Shown: piece by piece, positions 52,213-64,000 of the stretch
Position numbering within the stretch: the first letter of the stretch is position 1
Layout of the letters: each line of letters starts with the position of its first letter
Origin: Octopus vulgaris
Taxonomy: Eukaryota
Direction of reading: 5' to 3'
DNA: 64,000 nucleotides
Assembly (NCBI GenBank): GCA_951406725.2
Contig: OX597815.1
Coordinates: 155,744,001-155,808,000, forward strand
Notes under the pieces: generated by a model
What the model was told of the DNA's origin: nothing
Databases searched by the model: none
What the model saw: only the letters and a program-made list of their open reading frames with translations
Position numbers and translations under genes: made by a program

Positions 52213-52605
52213 GGAATGGCTGTGTTGTCATTATTGATAGCAGGAATGGCTGTGTTGTAAGTAGCTTGCTTACCAACCATATCGCTCTGGGTTCAGTCAC
52301 ACTGCGTAGTACCTTGGGCAAGTGTCTTCTACAATAGCCTCGGGCTGACCAAAGCCATGTGAGTGGATTTGGTAGATGGAAACTGAAAGAAGCCTGTCGT
52401 ATATACGTATATATATGTTTGGGTGTCTGTGTTTGTCCTCCTCCAGCATCAGTTGTGTTTACATCCCATAACTTAGCGGTTCGGCAAAAGAGACTGATAG
52501 AATAAGTACTAGGCTTACAAAGAATAAGTCCTGAGGTCAATTTGCTGGACTAAAGCCAGTGCTCCAGCATGGCTACAGTCAAATGACAGAAGCAAGTAAA
52601 AGAAA
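52213..52605 (+). mobile_element. SINE family A with a 30-bp tandem duplication across its 5' end
   Basis: tgtcattattgatagcaggaatggctgtgt occurs twice at 52196-52255. Confidence 0.8.
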
Positions 52606-52804
52606 GAAAGGCATGTGATCAGCTGGTGTTAATAACAATCATGATAATTGTTTCCTATTCTGGTACAAGGTCGGGGGGTTATTTAATTACATCAGCCTCA
52701 TTATTTTATCAATGCCAGAGGGATGAAAGTCAAAGGTGACTGCAGCAGGATTCAAACTCAAGTGATTCAACAAATGCTGGAAGGCATTTTATCCAATGCA
52801 TTAA

Positions 52805-53243
52805 CCCTTTATTGTTCAGATTGCTCTGTTAACCCTTTCAATACCAACCCAGCTGAAACAGTATCTGGCTCTGTAGTACAACTGTCCTGTTTTCAAAATT
52901 TCTGAATTAAAATTTTCCACCAAGTCTTAGTCATAATTTATGTTGCTAACTCTAGCTTAATAATAACTAAGTTATTTTACTAAATTCTTTGTTATATTTA
53001 ATTGAAAGAACACAGAGCATTTCAAAATAAATACAGTAACAAAAAGGTTAAATATAATACTTTTTCACTCAAATTGTTTTGAATTAATCATGCATTTTCT
53101 TATAACTTTGAGGTTTCAACGATGTGATTGTTTATTTTTGAAATGACAATGTAGGTTAGGTGTGAGAGGCTAGATATTGCCAGTTTGAATATAAAACATG
53201 TAGAATATCTGGGCCAGATATAGCTAGTTTAAACACTAAATGG
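52805..53243. mobile_element. piggyBac-like MITE containing a second TTAA MITE (52833-53047)
   Basis: TTAA|cccttt at 52801 and again at 52829; inner element ends aaaaagg|TTAA at 53047; outer body matches 25746-25966 reversed. Confidence 0.7.
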
Positions 53244-55817
53244 TCAAGGATTTTGCTAATCCTACCATACGAGCAAAGAGTACCATCCGAGTGTGATTGT
53301 TGCCAGAGCAACAAGCTGGCCTCCATGCTGGTGGCATGTAAAAAGCACCATCCGAGCGTGATCATTACCTGCATTGCCTTACTGGCACTTGTGCTGGTAG
53401 CACGTGAAAAAACATTCGAGTGAGGTCATTGCCAGTGCCGCTCCTGTGCAGATGGCACATAAAAAGCTCCATTTTAGCATGGCCGTTGCCTGTACCACCT
53501 GACTGGTCCTCATGTCAGTGGCACATAAAAGCACCCACTACACTCTCAGAGTGGTTGGTGTTAGGAAGGGCATCTAGCTGTAGAAAATCTGCCAGATCAG
53601 ATTGGAGCCTGGTGCAGCCATCTGGTTTGCCGGGCCTCAGTCAAATCGTCCAACCCATGTCAGCATGGAAAGCGAACGTTAAACGATGATGATGATGATG
53701 ACCTTATAATAATTGTTGATAATGCTAAATTTATAAGAGTATTTAAATGAATTTATTTTCTCTACAAGTGAAGGTTCGTGTCAGGTTGGGAATCTAGTTG
53801 TAGAATATCTGTCTTATATAAAATCTGTCTGACCCATGCAAGCATAGAAAAATGGATGTTAAGATGATGAGGATGAGGATGACATTCAGAGTTTGAGTCT
53901 GATTTAGATTTAACATAACCTTTAATTTTTTTTTTGACACTTGCTTTGTTTTCTAGATTATTCACTTCAGTTAGTTTGCCATACAGATAAAAAAAAAAAG
54001 TATGACCTTCATATAGTCATAAAGTGTAAAATGTGAGGTGAATGTGAATAATGAAATATGCGGAAAAAAATTGGAGTATGATATTGTATCTAAATATAAT
54101 GGTTAAATTGATTTTATTCTTTAATTTAAAGTTTTATTTTCTTCTCTACATACATATGTCTAATTAACATTTTTGATGCTTGCTGCATTGGGTATATTAA
54201 TTGTAAGTTGACTGTTGCTTTATTTTTTTCTTTAATATACAGATGATGTCTCTGATTAATTAATGTTAAGTGCAGGCATGACTGTGTGGTAAGATGTTTA
54301 CTTCCCAATCTCATGGTTCCAGGTTCAGTCCCACTGCGTGGCAACTTGCACAAGTATCTTATACTATAGTCCTCGCTTGACCAAAGCTTTATGAATAGTT
54401 TTGGTAGATGGAAACTGAAAGAAGCCTGGAGCCTGTTGTATTCCTTTACTTGTTTCAGTCATTTTACTGCAGCCATGCTGGAGCACTGCCATGAAAAGTA
54501 TTAGTTGAACGAATTAACTTGCATTTTTTTAATGAAATCTTAGTCAAATTATGAAGCGGCTGATTGATCAAATCACATCATCAGTGCTATTCTCTGTATC
54601 TTAGATTCAGATTCTTGACAGCCTCATTGACTGTCAGCTTTCCTATCAACTCTTGACTGTTCAATTAATTGCCCTGTTAACTATTGAAAGAACTTTTAAC
54701 AATTCAGTTAACTATTAAGTGTCCCATGAACAATTGACAGTTCATTTAACTGCTGTCTACTAAACTTTTAACATTCCAGTGGACTCTTAGCAGCTCAGGT
54801 AACTGTCAACTCTCCAGTAAACAGTTAATACTTTTGTCACCATACAATCAATTTTGAAATACATTCAATTTTGAAAGTCATGAAGAATTTAGGAAAATAA
54901 TTGGCATTATTAATCTGGTATTTGGAACATAGCTAAAATGATATTTAGACGAAATGTTTTCATTTTGATCACGTTATAATATAAAATTTATATCATAGAT
55001 TCAGATGAGTTAATTAAATTTTAGATGTCCAATAATTTTTTAGTAATCTGTTAACTTTGGTAGTCCAGTTAATTAGTTAACAGTTTAGTCAACTGCCAAT
55101 GGTACAGTTAACTCCTTAATAGTTAATCTATCTTAAACAGTTCAGTTAATAATTTATTTAATTGCTAACAGTTTAGTCATCTCATCTCTTAACAGTCTAA
55201 TCAAATATTAGCAGTCTAATTAGTTTAGTCACCTCTTAACAGTCCAATTCATTCTTAGTACTCCAAAAAGATTTTAATACAATCTTGTTAGCTCTTAATA
55301 ATCTTCTTCATTTAGCTGTGAGTAATTAGTAGACAGTAAAGCATCATTAACAGCACTATAAAATTGAGGAGTATTTCATTAGTTCACGTACTTGATTTCG
55401 ATTCTTGCTGATGACATGATGTCATGGTAAAAGGACTAAATAAAATCACTCTATTTGCAAACAATAAAATATATAGTTCTAATCTTTTTATAAATCATTC
55501 AGTGAAAAGATGGTGTCTATTGCTTCAGACTGGTGAACCTGATGCAATCAATGTCCAGATTGAACATCAGTAGGTCAATGTGTGCACTAAAATGCTTCAA
55601 ACAGACTAATATCTGCCAAAGGTGTCCAAGTACCTATTAGTATAAAACCAAGCAGCATGGTATGTTTGCCACCCAAAGGATATCCTGGTTTAGTTTAAAA
55701 AACAGCAATAACAATGACAAACAAGCTAACATAGAAAATCAATAAAAAAATTACTCAATAAAAATCTAGTTTTCTATTTTCAAATTGGAAATGTTGTGTA
55801 TTCCAAGTTAGACTTAC

Positions 55818-56071
55818 CTCTCCAAATCTTTGAAGAAGATCCTCAACTGATACTTGCTTTTTATTTGTTATTGGTCTGATAAGGTCAAGACTAACTTGGC
55901 GTATGTATTGTGCAGGAGGTATTCGATTGAATAACTCATATTCCGTCTCTGTTAACGATAAAGCTACTTCTTCAGGAAAATGAAGAATTTTTTGGATTAA
56001 TAGAAGTTCTTCAGTATATATATAATTTGTTCCTATATCTGATTGCATCACAAAGTGCCGCCGGCTATAAT
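55818..56071 (-). CDS. PLCE1: Coding exon, N-terminal part of RasGEF/CDC25 domain of PLC-epsilon-like protein
   Basis: Pyrimidine tract plus CAG at 56074-56072, GTAAG donor at 55817; 254 nt; DYSRRHF...ILHFPEEVALSLTETEYELFNRIPPAQYIRQV...VEDLLQRFGE is a typical RasGEF start. Confidence 0.88.
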
Positions 56072-56301
56072 CTGTGGAGGAGAATGAAATAAAAGTTAGT
56101 TGTTGTGACAGAAATAAGGTAAGCTAAATAAGAAGAAATACAACAAGGAAGAAGAATGAAGAAGAGGGGGCAACAAACACCATGTTTCAATAACAATTGT
56201 TATCCTTAAAGGATTTTTAGAGATTCTTGAAGCATGAAATGTAATCAGGTTTATTGCATTGTCTGTTGTTATTGGTACAAACAAATACCTTATCATTGGC
56301 A

Positions 56302-56344
<43 letters not shown>

Positions 56345-57486
56345 TGTTTTTATATGAGATCTTTGGGGCTATTTATTTATTCATTTGTTTGTTTTGCAAA
56401 TAGAAACCATTCCTAATAATATTTTTCAAATCTCAATCACTGATATCATCCTCCTCCATTCCTGTCATCATCACGATCGTCATCATCATCATTATCATCA
56501 TCAATAGTAGTATCCCATTAGTATCATCATCATCCTTGGTAACATTATCATTGCCATTCAAAGTAACTATGATGATTAGTATCCTGAACATGATCAATTC
56601 AATTAGGATCCTCCTTCTATATCATCATCATCATCATCATCATCTCATTTGTGTTTCTCTATCGCTTTCTTGTAATTGGTTGGTGCAAGCTAACTAACTT
56701 CAAACATCTTCAATTCCTCACTACACTGGCATAGAATAACAATGATTAATAACATAGGAATAAGACACAAAATTTGGGGAAATCACAGCTGATTACTACC
56801 ATATCGCATTCTGTGAAGTGCTTTATACCAATTCTTCCATTTATCACCTCTTCTCTCAGGCAACAACTTCTAAAAATAATTATGAACTACTGTACAGCAA
56901 GAAACCTGTTCTGCTCAGTCCCCTTCTCTCATCCTTTTGTCCACCTTGCATCTCTCATCTCCTAGCATAAAGAGACCGATAGAATAAGTACTAGGCTTAC
57001 AAAGAATAAGTCCTGGGGTCGATTTGATCGACTAAAGGCAGTGCTCCAGCATGGCCTAAGTCAAAATGACTGAAACAAGTAAAAGTGTAAGCCATGCAGG
57101 GTCAAACACAGAGGGAACAATACAATGTAGATATTTTCTTTTTAAAAGCAATCAATAGGGATCATAAACGTTTTGGGGCACGTACACAAAGGATAACAAA
57201 GTATTGCTTTAAGGCACTTAAAATAATTAGCAAAAGCATTGTGTGTACTACCAGGTCGTACCTACTTGCAAAGATCAGCTATAGGGGTTTTAATATGAGG
57301 CTAAAGGCCAGCCTGAGTTCCCAAAAATACTAAATCACCTCTTACAGATGACTTTATTTGTACATCTAAAACGAATCTTGTCCATTATTAATACCCTTTT
57401 TACAATTACCATTTTTTAATGCTCCTTGTGATAAATGTTTCAATACTAACTTAACTATTGTAATGTTATTATCAGTCCAATATGCT

Positions 57487-57625
57487 TGAGGCATGTTCAA
57501 ACTGGAGAACAGACACACACTGCATTTTGTCATAGAAAATATATCACACCATTTGTCAACAAATGGATATATTTTCTATGACAAAACACAGTGAATAGCT
57601 TGTTCTCCAGTTTGAATTTACCTCA
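57487..57625. repeat. ~140-nt imperfect hairpin
   Basis: Perfect 16-bp (ttcaaactggagaaca), 21-bp (ttttgtcatagaaaatatatc) and 8-bp helices in nested order. Confidence 0.9.
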
Positions 57626-58018
57626 TGTTCCTGGATTAGGCAGCATGTCTTGTTTTAAAAGATAGAATATCCAGTTTTACTTTGCAAAGTGTTGATCTGA
57701 AAAGGATCTACAACTGGTTTCTTGGATCCATGGTTTGGTGTATTCTAAGAAATATAGAGCAAGTTTCAGTAAGGAATTTAGCATTCATGTAAATGATCGT
57801 GAAACATCTGCTCTTAGGCACTTCTGTTCTATTGAACTTTTGAATTTAGAACTTAGTGTTCACAAGAAAATTAATTTTATGACCTGGTTTACAATGAACA
57901 AGCTTTGAGGAAAATAGGTGTGTGTATTTGTGTGTGTGGAGATAAACCAAATGGACATGGTAAAGGGCTTTTGTTCAAGAAGCTATGAAGTAGAATCAAA
58001 GACTCATTATGATTCATA

Positions 58019-58385
58019 GGCGTAGGAGTGGCTGTGTGGTAAGTAGCTTGCTTACCAGCCACATGGTTCAGGGTTCAGTCACACTGGGTGGTAACTTGGG
58101 CAAGTGTCTTCTACCATAGCCTTGTGAGTGGATTTGGTAGACGGAAACTGAAAGAAGCCCATCGTATATATGTATATATATATGTGTGTGTGTATATGTT
58201 TGTGTGTCTGTGTTTGTTCCCCAACCTCGCTTGACAACCGATGTCCCCATAACTTAGCAGTTCGGAAAAAGAGATTGATAGAATAAGTACTAGGCTTCCA
58301 AAGAATAAGTTCTGGGGTCAATTTGCTCGAATAAAGGTGGTGCTCCACCACAGCCATAGTCAAATGACTGAAACAAGTAAAAGAG
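58019..58385 (+). mobile_element. SINE family A with small internal deletions
   Basis: Colinear with other copies. Confidence 0.85.
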
Positions 58386-59049
58386 TATGATTTCAAAGCA
58401 AACTTCTTAATCACTCGTGTGTGTGTGTGCGCGCGTGTGTGTGTGTGAGTGTGTGTGTGTCACATTAGTATCATTCTAATGTCTACTTTTCCATGCCAGT
58501 ATGGTGAAATGAAATTTGTTTACACCAATGCTTACCTGTTTTCAAGCAACACAATATTTCACCAAGTCATTTGAACATGAACAATACAATAATTAGATAT
58601 GATTTCACAGAAGATAGCAAACTACTGAAACAGTGTCTTTGAAGGTGACTTGGATTTGCAATTAACATGCTCTGTCAAGACAAGGTGACTTGTCTTGATA
58701 ATGCATGTTAATAGTGAACAAATGTCACTGCACACACACACATGCACATGCATGCATGATAGCTTCTTATTATTTCTGTCTATCAAATCTGTTTGCAAGG
58801 CTTAAGAATACAAGAAATGTATTGTTATTTCTAGTAATTTTAACTGGGTGCAAAAGAAAGGTGATGAACTCTAATACTGCAAAATAAACCTATGTCAGAA
58901 GTGAAAATATGGATCTACTTGGGCTACTTATCCTATATAAACTAAGCAATGAAGTAAAAGAGGTCAATGTATGATTATAATGGAATGGTGGAGTTGTCAA
59001 AGTAGCTTCTAACCAAGATGAACATAATATGGATCATATTAAGAAAAAT

Positions 59050-59540
59050 ATTTAATCTAAAAATCACTATCCTCTCTAATCTTGAAACACTTACTTGCTT
59101 AGACATCCCCATGGACTGTAACATTATAATTATTATCAACTCCTATAAACTAAATGAAGAAATCACCTACATAAATAGAGTCTCCAACTACTTATTTTAT
59201 ATTATTAAACAGGTCACCAAAAAGAATTAGTAAGCATTTCTAGCTTATATTCAGATAAAGCTACCCTACACTACAATACCTAACACACTAGCAAGGTCTG
59301 TATCATCTATACTGAATTCACCCAACTATATCTAGAAGATAAGTATAAAGGATCTGTGGTTCAATTGATCATATAAAATGAACTTAACTACAAACATAGC
59401 TTGATGTTTCTTCACCCTAGTCAACATTCACTTCTCAGGAACACATAGATGTTCTAAAATATTTAACTGTAGTACTGTCAAAGTAAGTTATAACTGTCTA
59501 CCTAATCTTGATTCACAAATCTTTGACCACAACAAAAAAA
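59050..59540 (+). mobile_element. Degraded Penelope-like element coding fragment (RT thumb/linker)
   Basis: LKITILSNLETLTCLDI; ITYINRVSNY; LWFN*SYKMNLTTNIA*CFFTLVNIHFSGTHRCSKIFNCSTVKVSYNCLPNLDSQIFDHNKK resembles the PLE motif WFNPP...KIFNRNTVKVSYSC.PN. Confidence 0.75.
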
Positions 59541-60089
59541 TTTAAGTTAAGTAACATCCCCACAAGATTTTATGCTTTCAGTCAGTAAATGCTTTGAGAA
59601 ATAAATGATACACAGAAAAGACTTCCCCAGTGTATACAGCTTAGCAGAATCCGCCATTGGACTCACAGAGAACATCTTTAAATTAGTCATCCAAATCCCT
59701 TTTCTTTTCCTTCTGCAACTCCTGTGCATACAGGACACACTCTAACAGCTACATGACAAAACTCACAAATATTACATAAATAACCCACGATCTATATAAG
59801 ACTACAAAATGGTGGTGAGCTGACAAAATTGTTAGCATGCTGGGCAAAATGCTTAGTGGCAATTCGTTTGAGTTTATGTTCCACCAAGGTTGACTTTGCC
59901 TTTCATTCTTTTGGGATTAGTAAAATAAGTACCAGCTGAGCACTGAGATCGATGTAATTGACTTACCCTCTCCCCACCCAAAATTGCTGGCCTTGTGCCC
60001 AAATTTGAAACCAATATATAAAACTACAATAATGCTAGAAAACTTACTCCTGCATATACTTAAACACACAAACCTCACAGCAATTAATG

Positions 60090-60137
60090 CAAGCAACGAC
60101 TTCATGGTTTTAGGTGTGAATGGATATGCATTTGCAG

Positions 60138-60170
<33 letters not shown>

Positions 60171-60503
60171 TATCCGAGAGCAGAATATATCTGGAAATTT
60201 GATTAAAATTTTTATCATAACATCATAAATTACATAGTCTTTACACATGTTTCACTAGAATGTACTAGTATGTCAGGCCATCTAATTTGAAATAGCAGCT
60301 TTTCGATATTTACACACACACACACACTAACACACATAGTTAGCTGTGGGCATGGCTTTGTAGTTAAAAAACTTGCTTTAGAAATAAGCAGTTTAAGATT
60401 CTTTCCTTTTGCATAGAGACTATCAGTTGGTGTTTTCAACTATTTTCTCCCATGTTGACCAATGCCTTATGAAAAGAATCTGTGTATATATATATTTAAT
60501 GTT

Positions 60504-60601
<98 letters not shown>

Positions 60602-60916
60602 CGAGAGAGAAAGTGTACCTATATTTGTGCTTCCTTGTCTTACTTATGCCTCTGCTCAAGTTTACATGTTGGTATTAGTACTCAAACGCCAGTTGAATAA
60701 CTAGCATCAATTGGATGGAGTTTATTGAGACAGATTTTCAATGACTTGATGTCCTTCTTGTTGCTAACCCTTACCTGTTTCAGAGCAAGGTAATATTTCT
60801 CCATTACCAGACATGTTTTTGAACAATACTGGTGAATGACATTCATTTACAGCTAACATGCAATACCAAGACAAGAAAACACAAATATAGATTCTCTTTC
60901 TCTCACTTTCTCTCTC

Positions 60917-60948
<32 letters not shown>

Positions 60949-61148
60949 TAAATATATATATATATACACATCAGATTCTTTTCAGTTTCCATCTATCAAA
61001 TTCACTCGTAAGGCATTGGTCAACATGTGAGAAAATAGTTGAAAACACCAACTGATAGTCTCTATGCAAAAGGAATGAATCTTAAACTGCTTATTTCTGA
61101 AGCAAGTTTTTTAACTACAAAGCCATGCCCACAGCTAACTATGTGCAT

Positions 61149-61204
<56 letters not shown>

Positions 61205-61357
61205 AGATATCGAAAAGTTGATATTTCAAATTAGATGGCCTGACATACTAGTACATTCTAGTGAAACATGTGTAAAGACTATGTAATTTATGATGTTATG
61301 ATAAAAATTTTAATAGAATTTCCAGATATATTCTGCTCTTGAATGTGTGTATGTGTG

Positions 61358-61400
<43 letters not shown>

Positions 61401-61495
61401 GCAAATGCTTATCCATTCACACACAAATGGCACATGTATATACATATATGTAAATGTAAATTAGTTGCATGTACCAACCATGAAGTGGTTGCTTG
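60090..61495. repeat. Large inverted duplication (arms ~60090-60641 and ~60868-61495)
   Basis: Unique sequence, microsatellites and a decayed SINE head are all mirrored, e.g. tttcactagaatgtactagtatgtcaggccatctaatttgaaat / atttcaaattagatggcctgacatactagtacattctagtgaaa. Confidence 0.93.
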
Positions 61496-62816
61496 TTCTC
61501 ACTGAACCAAATCTTCATACTAGCCTTAATTACAGTTCGAAATATGTTCATTTATGCTATTAATATTATCATTTTCATTGAATCAACTGAACCTGATATG
61601 TTTAAAGAATAAATCAATACCAGAACTATATCACAATATCATTTAATTTACACTGAAAAAAAGTAAACCCAGTGAATGTTAAAACTAGTAATCAATATAA
61701 GATGCAAGTGTGGTGCCAAAATCTTTTGTGACAAAAGCCAATAATTATATAATTATTGGTTTTTGTCTTAATTGAATTAATAAATGTATGTTTTCATTTT
61801 ACCATTTCTTAATGAAAGGTTTTGAATTATATAAAATAACTGAAATAAAATGTCTAAATGAAAATTTCTTTCTTTAAAAAGATAAGTTTGTTGGATAGTC
61901 AAACAACAAGAAAAAAGGTGAGCTTTGATATCCTTATAATTAGGTTGTTTGTACTTAACCGAAGTTCACTACTCAGGAAGCAGATTTATAATGATAGTGT
62001 TCCTACCATCACAATCCTGTTTCAGTTCTAGACACTGTATCTGAGTCTTTCAGTGAAATCTAGAATGGAATACTCCAATAGTTACTGATCCACCCCTGCC
62101 TAAACTACAGCTTGAGTTGTAACCTCCACAGAATACTACTTCTACATCAGAACCATCTATGTTATTGCACTGATAGATATTCTTAATCACATGTGTTTTT
62201 TTTCCAATACAAAACATATATATTCACTAATTACATAGGTATTGGTTTGCCTTTGTAGTTAAGAAATTTGATACACAGCCATATCCTTTGAGGCTCAGTT
62301 ATACTGCATGGTACCTTGGCCAAGTATTTTCTACTATAACCCCAGACTGACCAATGCTGTATGAGTGAATTTGATTAGCAGAAGCTGTACAACATTTATC
62401 ATATATACCTGTGTATGCATATACTTGTGTTTACTTATGTATGTCTGTGTGCATGTGTGTGTTTGCGTGGTTGTTTACATTTGCCCTTCTCTGAAAATGA
62501 CCAAGGTACATAGTGGTGTGTCATTTCCCTGTCAACAAATCATCCTCTAGTTTACACTTTTGGAGATGTAGAACAATACCGTAACAATATATTCATCTAA
62601 CCCATGTTAACATGAAAAACTAATGTAAAAAAAAACAAAACGAAATTCTATTATTAAGGAAATTAAATATCAAATATTCATAAATATTCATTGAAAGTAA
62701 TGAAAAAAAAATTATTGATATGAGATTTTTGAGTGATAAAATAAATCATTTAATCTTTTCTTGCTCACAACAAAATATATGATTTTGTTTTCAAGCAAAG
62801 CAATAAAAAAGCTCAC

Positions 62817-63102
62817 CAAAATCTAAACTGTTTCTTCGTAAACCACTAGATGCAAGGAAACGGCCCTCAATATCCATGGCTTCCCAAAGAGCTGCAGCTA
62901 CATACTTCAGATTTTCAACCGAAGGTGTTGTCAGTATCCATGGTTTAGCACCTCGAAACTCCAGTACTAGTCCACCATGGGCTCGATCTTCTCCAGTATA
63001 CCACTCTTGCAAATCACCGATGTATTCTGATTTTACTAATGCCTTACTCTTGTGGTCAAGTAAAATGATCTTTTCATGTGTTATACCCAGTAACCTGGAT
63101 AC
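62817..63102 (-). CDS. PLCE1: Internal coding exon of PLC-epsilon-like gene (FERM-F3/PTB-like segment upstream of RasGEF)
   Basis: CAG acceptor at 63105-63103, GTGAG donor at 62816; 286 nt, open frame VSRLLGITHEKIILLDHKSK...LRRNSLDF; ends phase 1 and joins the next exon in frame (G|AT = Asp). Confidence 0.8.
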
Positions 63103-63178
63103 CTGTCAAAATATTAGAAGAGAAATGTGCATGTGTTAAATACAGAGGAAGATCATGTAAAAGAATATGAAATCAACG

Positions 63179-63271
63179 GACAATAATTAGAGTTCAGAAA
63201 ATTAAATGAGAAAATAATTATAGTTCAGAAAATCAAATGAGACAATAATTAGAGTTCAGAAAATCAAATGA
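63179..63271. repeat. 31-bp tandem repeat, 3 copies
   Basis: gacaataattagagttcagaaaatcaaatga x3, about 75 bp into the intron from the 63102 acceptor. Confidence 0.92.
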
Positions 63272-63344
63272 GATCCTGTATTATCAAAAGTCTGTTTAAA
63301 CAAAGTTCATAAAAAAGCAATGTTTTGCCTTAAAAAAAATAAAT

Positions 63345-63592
63345 GCACCCTTTTAAAGCCTAGCCAGGTTCATAAAAGCCAGTTTTCCAGTTTCTATGGT
63401 GTATGTGTTCCCCAGCTGGACAGGACACAAGTCCATCACAGCATTACTCATTTTTGCCTGCTGAGTGAACTGGAGCAACGTGAAATGAAGTGTTTTGCTC
63501 AAGAACACAACGCGTTGCCTGGTCCAGGAATCAAAACCACAATCTTACGATCATGATGCTGACACCCTAACCACTAAGCCACGTGCCTCCAC
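63345..63592 (-). mobile_element. tRNA-derived CORE-like SINE (further family)
   Basis: Minus head gtggaggcacgtggcttagtggttagg...gattcctgg, block ttgtgttcttgagcaaaacact; tail resembles that of 32072-32372. Confidence 0.75.
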
Positions 63593-64000
63593 TTTTACCG
63601 TAATACCAGAAAATATATCATTCCTTCAAGGAAAAATTTAATTGTATACATTGAAACAAAACAATTCAACACTTGTCTGGAAGGATTTGAAAATGTTGTG
63701 GACATTGTCGATTTTCCTCTATTAAAGAATGAAAAGCAAATCAATTATAGGTAATATCATAAAAAGTGGAAGAAATTTGGTGAAAACAGTGCAGTGATAT
63801 TTGAATACTTGACATCAGCAAATTCCACATGTCTAGCATGTGAGTCTCTTGGTAAACCAGACCACCTATGGGTTCCAGCCAGCTCTTGTTTCTGGAATCA
63901 GTTGCTTCCTGTCAGATGACACCATCACAATGTGTGGTGATGGAGGTCTCTTACATCCATACTCTATCGACTGTAATGCACCCCAAGGTTTGGCTATGAC

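Overview
AT-rich, repeat-dense animal genomic DNA, most likely an octopus (inferred from the SINE/LINE families and microsatellite load, not from a search). Most or all of the window lies inside one minus-strand gene. Three frame-compatible GT-AG exons (63102-62817, 56071-55818, 26693-26548) encode a talin-FERM-F3/PTB-like segment followed by a RasGEF (CDC25) domain resembling phospholipase C epsilon. The introns hold a 5'-truncated RTE LINE with a PHD-like finger, a full-length dead mariner, relics of Dong/R4, HERO-like, CR1, Penelope-like and older mariner elements, several SINE families, TTAA-targeting and other MITEs, and microsatellites. The most interesting items are a 329-bp insertion with a 24-bp direct repeat carrying a near-intact minimal hammerhead ribozyme on the host sense strand, a tandem hairpin+pseudoknot RNA module in the RTE 3' UTR and its derivatives, several long inverted repeats able to form dsRNA in the pre-mRNA, and a patchwork of locally copied segments. 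All alignments were made by eye, so repeat boundaries are approximate.
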